The position numbers and the translations under genes are program-made. A stretch of DNA of 64,000 bases from Nostoc sp. Its GTDB lineage: Bacteria; Cyanobacteriota; Cyanobacteriia; Cyanobacteriales; Nostocaceae. Location: contig JBALDB010000046.1 of the NCBI GenBank assembly GCA_036918135.1, positions 64,001-128,000 on the forward strand. The letters are read 5' to 3'. Positions 42,949 to 53,355 of this stretch are shown here, piece after piece (within the stretch, counting starts at the first letter, position 1; each line of letters opens with the position of its first letter). Under the pieces are notes generated by a model. That model ran no database searches. It was not told where the DNA came from and worked only from the letters and a program-made list of their open reading frames with translations.

Positions 42949-44778
42949 CTAACATTTTTTACCTGTAGATGGACTGACAAAATCATGTAAGTCTTCATCC
43001 CAAATACTAATGTAAATAAAATCACATTCTTGACGAATAATCTGACCTTTAACTGAGCCATTCTGAAAACTGAAATTATCGGACTGGCGCTGTTGTACTT
43101 GTTTAAGTCCCTGCTTAATATCTTCAGTAGCTTGCCCATTTAAAAGTCCATTTAAAGTAGCTTCCATAATCTGTGGTTCTACTGTTTGGTTAAAAGCTAC
43201 CTCGGTTTGACGCAGCATTCGAGAATTGCGATCGAATAAGTAGCCAAGGTCTATTTTGTTTGGTACAAGTTTGTAAACAATAGCGCGGGTATTACCCCAC
43301 GCACCTCTTAAATCTTTGCTTGGTTTACCAAGGCTAGCTTCTACAATATTTCTAGATGTCCCTGTAGGAAATGCAGGAACGCTTTGTCTGCTTGCAGTTG
43401 CAGCTAATTTACTGCGCGGCTTTTTCTGTGGTGTGGAACGTACTTCTGGTGTAGGAATCGCAACTTGCTTCTCTGGTTCTGGTTGGGGAGTTGATGTTGC
43501 TATTGGTGCTGGAGTATCTAAAGTTACAGGCTCGTTTTCTGGCTGTGGTGTGAAGACAACTGGGGGATTATAGGTTGGCAAAGGTTCGGCAATTACTCGT
43601 GGTGGTGGTGAGATGGGTATAACTCGGACTGGAGAAGGCTGGGAAGAAATAGGCGGATTGGTAAATGTTGGAGTGGGTAAAGATTTTGGTGATGGAGTAG
43701 GACTTGTGGCAGTGCTTGTCTGTAGCTGTTGCTGACGAGTCATAGCAGAAATTGCGACTGCACCAATCAATCCACCTACTAGCAAACTACCAGCGATCGC
43801 CGCAGGTTTTTGCCAATTTCTAGGAGTGCTGGAATTATTAGTAATTGGAGGTATTTGGGGGGAAGATAATGACTGGGCTTGTCTAGTTGATGTCGCAGTG
43901 GGAGACAAGCTGACTGTGTTAGTAGTTGTCGGTGATTGTGGGGAAATATAACTAGGAGATTGCAATGCATATAGCATTTTACTAGCAGTACTGTAGCGAT
44001 CGCCTGCATGAGGCTTAATTGCCTGATTGAGTACCGCCACCAATTGGGGAGAGACATTAGGAGTGTGCTGGTGCCAAAGTATTTCCCCTGTTTGCAAATC
44101 GGTTAGTAGTTCTTGGGGGTGTTTGCCAGTCAGCAGATAAATTGCCGTTAAGCTTAAACTGTAGATATCAGTAGCGTAAACTGGACGCCCAACAGCTTGT
44201 TCGCTAGGCATATACCCAGGCGTACCAATGACGAGCGATCGCGTACCGTATCCAGGGGTAGTCACCACCGAACGAATTGTTTCCTTGACTGCACCAAAAT
44301 CAATCAAAACTGGCTTGCCATCAACAGAACGGATAATGATGTTCTCAGGCTTGATATCTCGGTGAATGATGCCTTTACTGTGAACATAATCTAAGACTGA
44401 TAGCAGACTTAAAAGGATTTCCCGAACAGCAGTTTCGCTCACCCATCCTTTAGCTTCAACAATTTTCGTCAGGGTTTGACCGTGAATCCATTCTTGAACG
44501 AGGTAAAACTGCCCGTTCTCAGAAAAATAAGCGTAGAGTTTGGGAATTTGGTTACAACTTTCACCCAAATACTCCAAGGTTGCTGCTTCTCTTTTAAACC
44601 GTTCTTGGATTATTTGGTAAGTTTGCGGGTCATTATTAGTTATCGGTTTGAGTTGCTTAATTACACAGCGACGCCGAGAAGGCATGTAGGTGTCTTCTGC
44701 AAGGAAGGTTTCGCCAAACCCACCAACACCGATTACCTCGATAACTTGATAGCGATTGTTCAGCAGCGTTGTTGTCAT
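42949..44778 (-). CDS. Membrane Ser/Thr protein kinase (Hanks type)
   Basis: GVGGFG, VIKQL, HRDIKPEN and DFG; Pro/Thr linker, TM helix and C-terminal domain. Confidence 0.95.
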   Translation of the reverse strand: MTTTLLNNRYQVIEVIGVGGFGETFLAEDTYMPSRRRCVIKQLKPITNNDPQTYQIIQERFKREAATLEYLGESCNQIPKLYAYFSENGQFYLVQEWIHGQTLTKIVEAKGWVSETAVREILLSLLSVLDYVHSKGIIHRDIKPENIIIRSVDGKPVLIDFGAVKETIRSVVTTPGYGTRSLVIGTPGYMPSEQAVGRPVYATDIYSLSLTAIYLLTGKHPQELLTDLQTGEILWHQHTPNVSPQLVAVLNQAIKPHAGDRYSTASKMLYALQSPSYISPQSPTTTNTVSLSPTATSTRQAQSLSSPQIPPITNNSSTPRNWQKPAAIAGSLLVGGLIGAVAISAMTRQQQLQTSTATSPTPSPKSLPTPTFTNPPISSQPSPVRVIPISPPPRVIAEPLPTYNPPVVFTPQPENEPVTLDTPAPIATSTPQPEPEKQVAIPTPEVRSTPQKKPRSKLAATASRQSVPAFPTGTSRNIVEASLGKPSKDLRGAWGNTRAIVYKLVPNKIDLGYLFDRNSRMLRQTEVAFNQTVEPQIMEATLNGLLNGQATEDIKQGLKQVQQRQSDNFSFQNGSVKGQIIRQECDFIYISIWDEDLHDFVSPSTGKKC

Positions 44779-45184
44779 GAAAAGTTACAAAATTTTGCCC
44801 TTTCCAATGTACATCAGATACATCACTTATCTTGGGTTTAACCTGTGAAATCTGATAATCATAAGTATCTATCTATAATTTAATTTTATAAATTAACTTC
44901 TGCTCAAACTGCGGTTTATGGAAAAACTGAGTTAAGGTCTGTAAAATAATTTAGATTAACAATAATTGATGCTGTGCAATTACAACGACACCTTTCTGCT
45001 TTGAAAGCTGATATTTAAGTTTTTGGGAGCGGTTTCTTGCAAATTAACTCAATTAATAACTTTAAATTCTCTGAGCATAATTAAATACTAAATCTTAACT
45101 AGATATACTGATATTAATTTAAATTGAAAATTTCTGAAGATTGAACGAAATATTTATTTTATTAGAAAAATTCACAGTTGAAGA

Positions 45185-45359
45185 AGGCAGGAGGCAGAGG
45201 GTGGGGGGCAGAAGAAGGCAATTGGAAGAAGATTCAAACTCCTCCCAATTGCAAGCGCCGTATGAATGGTGGGGTCTTAAACCCTTATTTCCTACGGTCA
45301 TCAGCAGAGAACAGAAGTTAGGATTCCCTTCTGCCTTCTGCCTCCTGCCCTCTGCCTTT
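45185..45359. repeat. Element with inverted GGCAGRR/YYCTGCC heptamer arms
   Basis: GC-rich inverted STRR arrays around a ~110-bp core, in an AT-rich divergent promoter region. Confidence 0.75.
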
Positions 45360-45402
45360 CTTAATTAACTTTAGTCAAAGATTTTGAAACAAACTTAAGT
45401 TT

Positions 45403-47769
45403 ATGAATACAAGTAAAAATAGTATAAATGTAAATTCTTATTTAAAAGTAGAAAATAAGGGTACAGTATTATACTTTGAACTAAAAGAGCAACAACATAT
45501 ATTGGGGCGCGATCGCACTTTTGCCGATCTAGTTGTCCCTCAAGATTGGCAACTTGTTGGCAGATATCAAGCCCTCTTACGCAAAGATGGCGAAAATTAC
45601 TGCATTTATGACGGGAATGGTGACAAACCCAGTACCAATGGGCTTTATATCAATCAAATCCGGGTAACTCCAAAATCTGGCTATAGCCTGAAGAACGGTA
45701 CAGAAATCCGTATTGGGCAAAACTCTCAAGACCAAATAGTACTAACATACCATAACAATCGCCAACCCTCAGCTAACAATACACACGAATTGCAAAGGGT
45801 TTCCTTGAAAAATCGGTCAGTTTTATTGGGTCGCGATCGCAATGCTACTTTACCTCTAGAAGCCCCTACTGTTTCTCGCCGCCACGCCACAATTGATACT
45901 GACGCTCAAGGGCGTTATATTCTCCGCGATTACAGTACCAATGGTGTGTTTATAAATGGGCAAAAAGTTAATAGCACTGCTGTATTGTCACCAGGAGCAA
46001 AAATTCGCATTGGCCCATTTACGCTGGTGCTGCGAGGTGATGAATTACAAATACTCGACCGAGGAAATCAAATTCGCTTGGATGCTTGTAATTTAGTAAT
46101 TCAAGATAAAGACAAGCGGCGATTGGATGATATTTCTATACCAATTGAACCAGGACAGTTTGTCGCCTTGGTGGGTGGAAGTGGTGCTGGGAAGTCAACT
46201 TTGATGCGGACACTACTGGGAGTTGAGCAAACAACTCAAGGTGTAGTCTATTTAAATGGTGAAAATTTGCGAAGCAACTTTAACATGTACCGCACGCACA
46301 TTGGTTATGTGCCTCAAGACGATATTATTCACCAAGAACTCACTGTATCTGAAGTTTTAACTTACGCCGCTAAGCTGCGACTACCGCCAGATATTGATGT
46401 GGCGCGGGTGGTGGAAAAGACTTTACAAGATGTGGAAATGTCCCATCGTCAGGATGCAAAGGTATCCCAACTGAGTGGAGGACAGCGCAAACGAGTAAGT
46501 ATTGGCGTGGAATTACTAGCCGATCCGAAGTTATTTTTCTTAGATGAACCAACTTCAGGACTCGATCCTGGGTTGGATAAAAAAATGATGCAATTGTTGC
46601 GGAAATTAGCCGACCAGGGACGCACAGTGATTTTGGTGACTCATGCAACAACGAATATTAAATTGTGCGATCGCGTTGTCTTTCTCGGTCGAGGAGGAAA
46701 GCTATGTTATTTTGGCCCTCCTGATGAATGTTTACAGTTTTTTGGTGTCAAAGATGACTTTGCCGATATTTATAATCAATTAGAAAAACCAGAAAACATC
46801 ATTGACCAAGCTACTAAATTCCGGCAATCAGATGATTATCGACGCTATATTGATAATCATCTCAATTCTGGAACTCAATCGCCCCAGTCAGATACTGTGA
46901 ATAATCACAGTCATGGCATTTCTTTTGGCAAACAATTTAATATTTTGACGCAACGCTACTTCCAAATTCAAAAGCGCGATCGCATCAACCTCGCTTTAGC
47001 ACTTTTAACAGCGCCTATTAGTATTAGTCTAATGACATTCGCTATCCGAAATAAAGACCCTTTAGTATTAGGAGAACAACCCGATCCAACTCTTGCACCT
47101 TTAGCTTTGCGTGTGTTATTCGTCTTTACTTGTGCTGCTTTATGGGTGGGACTTTCTAGCTCATTACAAGAAATTGTCAAAGAGTCAGCAATTTACCTAC
47201 GAGAACGGCTAGTAAATTTGGGTTTATTTGCTTATCTTATTTCTAAAGTTGCAATTCTTTCAGTATTAGCAGGATTACAAACTCTGTTAATGATAGTGGT
47301 GATTTTTATATTTTTTAAATCCCCGCAGCCAGAATTAGTTTCTTGGCAATGGGGATTAAGTATTACTACATTTTTGACTCTTTTAACTAGCATTAGCCTT
47401 GGCTTATTTGTCTCAGCATTTGTCAAAAATACTAGTCAAGCAAATAGTGCTTTACCCCTGTTGTTACTTCCTCAATTTATCTTTTCTGGTGTTTTGTTCA
47501 AAATGGAAGGTATTGCCAGTAAAGTTTCTTGGTTAATGCTGAGTCGTTGGTCAGTCGGTGCATACGGTGCTTTAGTTAATCTTAATCAACTGGTTCCGGA
47601 ACCGATTAAATTACCTGATGGCAGTACAGTGCCCCAACCATTTGAACCAACGCCTGTTTATGAGGCAACATGGTCTAATTTGAGTTTGAATTGGGGAATT
47701 TTGTGCTTGCATACACTCATTTATCTAACTGTGACTTTTTATTTGCAAAAGCGAAAAGATATTTTTTAA
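45403..47769 (+). CDS. FHA-FHA-ABC transporter (ABCG-like ATPase-permease fusion)
   Basis: Two FHA domains (LGR..STNG; LGR..SRRH..STNG), GGSGAGKST, LSGGQ, LDEPTSGLD and an ABC2 membrane domain. Confidence 0.93.
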   Translation: MNTSKNSINVNSYLKVENKGTVLYFELKEQQHILGRDRTFADLVVPQDWQLVGRYQALLRKDGENYCIYDGNGDKPSTNGLYINQIRVTPKSGYSLKNGTEIRIGQNSQDQIVLTYHNNRQPSANNTHELQRVSLKNRSVLLGRDRNATLPLEAPTVSRRHATIDTDAQGRYILRDYSTNGVFINGQKVNSTAVLSPGAKIRIGPFTLVLRGDELQILDRGNQIRLDACNLVIQDKDKRRLDDISIPIEPGQFVALVGGSGAGKSTLMRTLLGVEQTTQGVVYLNGENLRSNFNMYRTHIGYVPQDDIIHQELTVSEVLTYAAKLRLPPDIDVARVVEKTLQDVEMSHRQDAKVSQLSGGQRKRVSIGVELLADPKLFFLDEPTSGLDPGLDKKMMQLLRKLADQGRTVILVTHATTNIKLCDRVVFLGRGGKLCYFGPPDECLQFFGVKDDFADIYNQLEKPENIIDQATKFRQSDDYRRYIDNHLNSGTQSPQSDTVNNHSHGISFGKQFNILTQRYFQIQKRDRINLALALLTAPISISLMTFAIRNKDPLVLGEQPDPTLAPLALRVLFVFTCAALWVGLSSSLQEIVKESAIYLRERLVNLGLFAYLISKVAILSVLAGLQTLLMIVVIFIFFKSPQPELVSWQWGLSITTFLTLLTSISLGLFVSAFVKNTSQANSALPLLLLPQFIFSGVLFKMEGIASKVSWLMLSRWSVGAYGALVNLNQLVPEPIKLPDGSTVPQPFEPTPVYEATWSNLSLNWGILCLHTLIYLTVTFYLQKRKDIF

Positions 47770-47776
47770 AGGTCAA

Positions 47777-49441
47777 CTACTTGGTATCACTAATAACCCA
47801 CCTATTATTTTGGGCATCCCATAAAAGAAAAAAGCGTACAGAACCAGGAACTACTTTGCCAGTTTTCATCACGTATTTAAACTGAGCATCAACCGTAGCT
47901 AATTCTGTATTTGCTTCTACCAAACTAACTTGTTCGACATCTACGCTTTGAACCTTTCCGCCCCACCAGTCAATATAAGAAAGATAGCCATTTGGGTGAA
48001 GTCGTCGATTATTTTGGTAGCTAGGAGATAGCTGATTCCACCCAGCTTGATACTGACCCTGATTAATAGTTGCATAATAATTTTGTACCGCTTCTTCTGG
48101 TGAGGGTCTATCGATTTGTGGCTGGGTTGAAGAGGGAGTTTGAGGAGATTGTGTAGCACTAGGCAATTGCGATCGCACTGGTGCATTATCTTCAGGTTCA
48201 AAAGTGCTGAAAATTGGAGATTGTGTAGGTGAGGGCGTATCCTGTGGTTCTTTGGGGGTTGGGGTAGATTCCGATGAGATGGTTGACTGTTCGTTGGGAG
48301 TTGGGGTAGATTCCGATGAAACGTTTGATTGTACTACTGATTGATTTGGTCTATTGAGAGCAAAACCAACAACTATAGAAGTAGCAATCAAACCACCAGC
48401 AATTAAACTACCGAGAAGGATTCCTTTGCGTCCACTACTTTGATTAGTAGGTTGACTGGAAGAACCTGGACTAACAGCAACCGTATTTTGCAATGTTGCA
48501 TGAGGCTGTACGCTGACTACTGGCGGTTGATTGTAAGGTACTGTTGGAGGAACTGGCGGTTGATTGTAAGGTACTGTTGGAGGAACTGGCGGTTGATTAT
48601 AAGGTACTGTTGGAGCAACTGACCCAAATTGTAAGGCGTCAAACATTTCTCTGGCTGTGGGAAAGCGGTCGCGTGGATGATAGGCGATCGCCCGATCTAT
48701 AACTCCTGCTAATGTAGGACTAATACTCAAAGCATATCTGTGCCAAATAATTTCTCCGCTACGCGAATCTGTCTCCAATTCATGTGGCTGTTTTCCAGTG
48801 AGAAGATAAATTGCTGTAATTCCCAAACTATATAAATCACTCGAATAAACTGGTCTACCTGCTGCTTGTTCGCTTGGCATATATCCCGGCGTACCAATCA
48901 CAATCGAACTCGTAGGTAACCCTTGGGAATTCATCACTGTTCCCATTGATTCGCGGACAGCACCGAAATCAATCAGCACTGCCTTATGGTCTCGATGACG
49001 CAAAATGATGTTATCTGGCTTGATATCTCGATGAACAATCCGGTGATTATGTACTTGTTCTAGTACTGGTAATAAATGTATTAATATTTCTCTAACGGCA
49101 CTTTCACTTAATAAACCTTGTTCGTGAACTTTCGCTGTTAAGGTATCACCTTCTATCCACTCTTGAACCAAGTAGAATTGTCCATCTGATTGGAAGTAAG
49201 CATATAAGGTGGGAATTTGGTTACTTATACCGCCTAAGTCTTCTAAAATTGCTGCTTCCCGTTGAAATCTTTCTTGCACCAACTGATAAATCTGCGGGTT
49301 ATTTTGAATTGGTCTTAGCTGCTTAATTACACAACGGCGGTTGGAAGGCATTTGGGTATCTTCCGCTAAGAAAGTCTCACCAAACCCACCGCTTCCTAAA
49401 GTCCGAATAACTCGATAGCGGTTGTTTAGCAATGTTTGCAT
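47777..49441 (-). CDS. Membrane Ser/Thr protein kinase (Hanks type)
   Basis: GSGGFG, HRDIKPDN, DFG and GTPGY; TM helix and C-terminal domain. Confidence 0.95.
   Translation of the reverse strand: MQTLLNNRYRVIRTLGSGGFGETFLAEDTQMPSNRRCVIKQLRPIQNNPQIYQLVQERFQREAAILEDLGGISNQIPTLYAYFQSDGQFYLVQEWIEGDTLTAKVHEQGLLSESAVREILIHLLPVLEQVHNHRIVHRDIKPDNIILRHRDHKAVLIDFGAVRESMGTVMNSQGLPTSSIVIGTPGYMPSEQAAGRPVYSSDLYSLGITAIYLLTGKQPHELETDSRSGEIIWHRYALSISPTLAGVIDRAIAYHPRDRFPTAREMFDALQFGSVAPTVPYNQPPVPPTVPYNQPPVPPTVPYNQPPVVSVQPHATLQNTVAVSPGSSSQPTNQSSGRKGILLGSLIAGGLIATSIVVGFALNRPNQSVVQSNVSSESTPTPNEQSTISSESTPTPKEPQDTPSPTQSPIFSTFEPEDNAPVRSQLPSATQSPQTPSSTQPQIDRPSPEEAVQNYYATINQGQYQAGWNQLSPSYQNNRRLHPNGYLSYIDWWGGKVQSVDVEQVSLVEANTELATVDAQFKYVMKTGKVVPGSVRFFLLWDAQNNRWVISDTK
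48521..48619. repeat. Three 33-bp coding tandem repeats (V[A/P]PTVPYNQPP)
   Basis: TGGCGGTTGATTGTAAGGTACTGTTGGAGGAAC x3, the third with 2 changes. Confidence 0.95.
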
Positions 49442-49660
49442 AAATTAGCACTAGTAATTATAAGGGTGTTTTATGGTATTGTTCTATCTACTTTAGTTTG
49501 TATCTGATTTTTTTTCTTAGTAGCAATATAAAGATTACTGAATATAATACTTGTGATATCATGTCCGGTTGAATACTTATGATATCTGTGAGGGTCGGTA
49601 ATGCTTCGGCGAGGCTCAGCATGAATGGGTAATGGGCAAGAAAAACACAACTGTTCGCCC

Positions 49661-50065
49661 AAGTAGGTCAACCTAATTAAACGTAAAACCCTCAACTTGG
49701 TACTGAGCTTGTGTAGCTCTATTTTCTATACCATCAATAATTGCGATCGCTAAATCGTACTCATCCTCGAATACCCTACTTGCAAGTTGATCGCCTTTGA
49801 GATGCAACCATTGATCTTCAATACGATTCATTTGTGGATTATAAGGAGGTAAGAAAAACTTTCTTCGTACCTGGCACCCCTGTGCATTTAATCTTAAGGC
49901 GATCGCTCGATATTTTGTCCGACGCGGAACTTTCTCAGCAGCGCTTAGCTCTAATAAAGGTACGGTCTTCTTCTGAGGTTAGCTTTATTTTTAATGGAGC
50001 AGGTATTGGTTCACACTGAAATACTATAATAATTCCATTTTACGTTTTTTTAGGTTGACCTACTT
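49661..50065 (-). mobile_element. Internally deleted IS630-family element (405 bp)
   Basis: 28-bp TIRs matching 26/28; transposase N-terminal fragment PAPLKIKLTSEEDR and C-terminal fragment FLPPYNPQMNRIEDQW. Confidence 0.85.
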
Positions 50066-51794
50066 ATAGCAGTGGATGCTGTGGATCTTCGACTTCTAAA
50101 GACTTAATTGACACAATTAAGTCTTTTTTGGCACTCAGACTTTGGAATTTATGATTAAGTGGCATATCACTTCGGTGTAAATTACCACGTTTACTTAATT
50201 TCCAAACATAATAATAATTATCACTATATATAATATCTGTTTTTAAGTGATACTTTTTTTCTATTACTTCGCGCCAATTGTCTGAAGGATTGAATAAAAA
50301 TACATCAGCAAACTCTTTAGAAATTTTTGGAATTTTTTGAGTATTTACCAACAAAAATCGCACTTTTGGTTCCAATTGATAGCTTAAAGAAAAGACATTT
50401 CCATAATTAGTATCTAAAGAATTACTAATCACAAGTGGGCTAGTACTCTGATTGATAATTTGCACAAATTGTAAATTGCTATAATTCATGCCCTTATTCC
50501 ACCAAGTTTCTGCTTGGGAATTTACCTTAGAAGAAATCAAACCACAAATAATCACCAACATCATAATTGTGTGCCAAATGGTTCGACGTGACGCATTCTC
50601 ATTCTCTAGTTGCCTAGATAGTAGATAAGCAACAGCTAATTGGATTCCTAAATAAGACGGTATTAAATATGGTTCAGTAAAATATCGTATTCCTCCAGCA
50701 CTTAAATCTGGTAGTATTATAGGCAGTGCTGGGACTACAATCAATGTAATAATAAATAACCAGACTTTGTGACTAGTGGTAACACAAAGGAAATAAATTG
50801 CATATCCTATCAAACTTAAAAAAATTAATACAATTAAATAGCTAAAATAATTTTCTAAGCTCAAATTTATATCAAAAAAAATTCGGCTTAACTGCATCAG
50901 TAAAAATGGAATTATCGGCATCAAAGATGACTGTGTTGTGACTTTCTCTCCAGAAATCAGAAATTGGAAAAACTCCCCAATCGCAACTATTATCCAAGGC
51001 ATAAAAGCTAACAAACCTATCAGTGATGCTAAAAGGTAATTTTTCACTGTTTCAGTTAACTGGAATTTAGCTATGCCAATCACATAAATTGCGTGAGCCA
51101 GTGCTACAAATCCACTCCAAAGAAATGTATAAAGACTAATCGCCAAAGTTATTGCATAAATACTCCAGGCAGCAAAAATATCTGGGCGTTGTTTTTTCGT
51201 AAGTTCATCTTTATCTTGTGATTCTAACTTCATTGCCCGCAATAGTGAAGCGCTAGATAGTAAAATAGTGACTAACCAGAGAATATATTCTTGTGCTTCT
51301 TGGGCATAGACTAGGTGAATTGGAGAGATAGTCATAAGTGCGATCGCTACACCACCAAATGATAGCGGCACATTAAATAATTCTCGGCATAGCCGATAAA
51401 CGCAGGGAAAAACTAGCAAGCTAATGAAGGCAGATAAACTTCTAATTGCTGTCACTGAATCACCGAAGATTTCCAACCACAATCTGGCGATTATATAATA
51501 CAATGGTGGATGCAGAGAATCTTCTTTTGCCAGAGACATAATTGTATCATTTAAGTTTTTTTCTGTATTTGTACCTTGAAATTTAGCAAAACTTTCTTTG
51601 GCAATAACACGATTATTAAAAAGTTGTTCTTTTACTTCAGTTATTGTGTAACCAGAAATCCGCAATGAGCTATAAGTTTCATCACGCCAATAAACCTTGC
51701 TATCAAGGTTAAAAAAGCGAAACAATATAGCCATTGTCAACAAGAAAACAATTAAAAATCGCAACCAACTCGGCACAGATTTAAGATGGCGCAT
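50064..51794 (-). CDS. GT-C superfamily (family 39-like) membrane glycosyltransferase
   Basis: YWRDE and HPPLYY motifs, many TM helices; ATG at 51794 preferred. Confidence 0.85.
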   Translation of the reverse strand: MRHLKSVPSWLRFLIVFLLTMAILFRFFNLDSKVYWRDETYSSLRISGYTITEVKEQLFNNRVIAKESFAKFQGTNTEKNLNDTIMSLAKEDSLHPPLYYIIARLWLEIFGDSVTAIRSLSAFISLLVFPCVYRLCRELFNVPLSFGGVAIALMTISPIHLVYAQEAQEYILWLVTILLSSASLLRAMKLESQDKDELTKKQRPDIFAAWSIYAITLAISLYTFLWSGFVALAHAIYVIGIAKFQLTETVKNYLLASLIGLLAFMPWIIVAIGEFFQFLISGEKVTTQSSLMPIIPFLLMQLSRIFFDINLSLENYFSYLIVLIFLSLIGYAIYFLCVTTSHKVWLFIITLIVVPALPIILPDLSAGGIRYFTEPYLIPSYLGIQLAVAYLLSRQLENENASRRTIWHTIMMLVIICGLISSKVNSQAETWWNKGMNYSNLQFVQIINQSTSPLVISNSLDTNYGNVFSLSYQLEPKVRFLLVNTQKIPKISKEFADVFLFNPSDNWREVIEKKYHLKTDIIYSDNYYYVWKLSKRGNLHRSDMPLNHKFQSLSAKKDLIVSIKSLEVEDPQHPLL

Positions 51795-52119
51795 AAGTAA
51801 TTTTCCCAAAAATTTATCTAAAACGATCCAGTTTGCTTGGCTGGATGAGGTGTCCAAGGGTAGCCCATCGTAGATATTGCCGAGATATTAACTAATGTGA
51901 GTTCGAGGAAGGCGATTTGACTTGTCTGTTAAAAAGCTTCCATAAATGAAACCTCCACTCAAACTTTTCCTTTTTCAAACCTCTCCTCTTCTAGGGGAAA
52001 GACTTAAAATCCTCTCGTGGTAGGATACAGCCAGAGAATAGGGGGTCACACCCCTCATTTGGTATATCTCTGATTCTCTCATGAAATAACCTTTGGAATA
52101 TGCTAGATTTAATCCTAAA

Positions 52120-52300
52120 AAATCAATCGTGGCGTAAGGGGTAACATGCCTCAATGACCCAGCAGTATCCCACTAAAAGAGGGAGGTTGAAGGGAAAGAG
52201 GCTTATTGAACTCGCTCTCAAGCGCAGTTGTTTGTCAGATATCACTAACGTCATTGAGAGTCACTTGATTTGCAAGATTGCCGATAAACACCTCTTTTTT
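52120..52300 (+). ncRNA. Candidate structured small RNA (or 55-aa ORF at 52154-52321)
   Basis: Nested long-range stems, an extended -10 upstream and a T run downstream. Confidence 0.35.
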
Positions 52301-52563
52301 ATTAACTGCAAAAATAATTAAGTAAGGTTGTATCAAATACGGCAAAACTTGCTTGAGTCAATATTTATTTTTTTAGTTTGTGTAGCCACGACTGAGTATC
52401 GCTAAGAAGATATTTGAAAAGTATTGTATGAAACACTAAAAGCCTTATAACCTAACCCCCTACTATAAGTAAATGGGGGTTTTATAGTCTCTCTTCTCGT
52501 AAAAGAGAGGTTTTAAGTATATATTTTTAGTTTATAAATCACTTATAATATAAAATATAATTT

Positions 52564-53355
52564 TTACAAAATTTGATAACCCGATCTGCCAAAATCTTTG
52601 GTATTAGATATAGTTAAAAAATCAATAGTTTTAAACTGTCTATCAATGGCTGGAAAGCTACATATTTTAGCTCCAATATTTAAGTATGCCTGCAAAATTT
52701 TCGGAATTTCCATATTAGATGAATTCTGAGAATTTTGAGGCAAATCTAGACAAGATTGTGAATTTGGATAGACTAAAATACTCGGATGCATCGAGCCATT
52801 CTGCTGAAAATAATCATAAACGCAACTAGCTTGCCAAGGAGATTGTGTTAGTAATGATACACAGCCAAAGAAATATTGGTTTTTACTCCAGATGAGATAA
52901 TTTGCTAGCCCTTCCCAGAGTAATAAAAGTGCCTGACTATTTCGGTATTCTTTAGCTATACATGCACGTCCAACTTCCACTGATGCTTGAAGCACAGAAT
53001 CAGGAATTGCATTAAGATTAAATATATCGGCAGCATCAAAGCCTAATCTTTGAGAAGCCATTCTATAGGTTTGCATCCGATAAGTTCCGATGGTCTTACC
53101 CGTCTGTTTACAGATGAGAATTAAATGATGGCAAACTTCATCAAACTTATCTCGATCCATCTCGGTAATGCTAGAAGAAGACAATCCCAACCCTAGTTCC
53201 AGATTAAAAACTTCAAAACGCAATCGAAAAATTGATCTTAATTCTTCTTCAGTTGAGGCCAGCCGTAGGATATATTTTTTAGTTTGAAGGACAGGAAAAT
53301 CTTCAACAGGAGGAGGATTCAGTGGGTAATTGATATTGCAGCGAGAAACTTCCAT
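52564..53355 (-). CDS. GNAT-family N-acyltransferase (OlsB-like)
   Basis: RLRFEVFNLELG, DKFD..CHHL, GTYR, EVGRACI and FFGCVS. Confidence 0.85.
   Translation of the reverse strand: MEVSRCNINYPLNPPPVEDFPVLQTKKYILRLASTEEELRSIFRLRFEVFNLELGLGLSSSSITEMDRDKFDEVCHHLILICKQTGKTIGTYRMQTYRMASQRLGFDAADIFNLNAIPDSVLQASVEVGRACIAKEYRNSQALLLLWEGLANYLIWSKNQYFFGCVSLLTQSPWQASCVYDYFQQNGSMHPSILVYPNSQSCLDLPQNSQNSSNMEIPKILQAYLNIGAKICSFPAIDRQFKTIDFLTISNTKDFGRSGYQIL

Noticed and set aside
45119..45368. Two short opposite-strand ORFs upstream of the FHA-ABC gene
   Set aside because: Translations of inverted heptamer repeats.
48521..48619. 33-bp direct repeats as a possible CRISPR array
   Set aside because: Head-to-tail with no spacers, in frame within a kinase, and no cas genes are present.
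52120..52300. 6S RNA identity for this candidate, or for those at 8514 and 33446
   Set aside because: Sizes fit but I recognise no cyanobacterial 6S sequence motifs; left unnamed.
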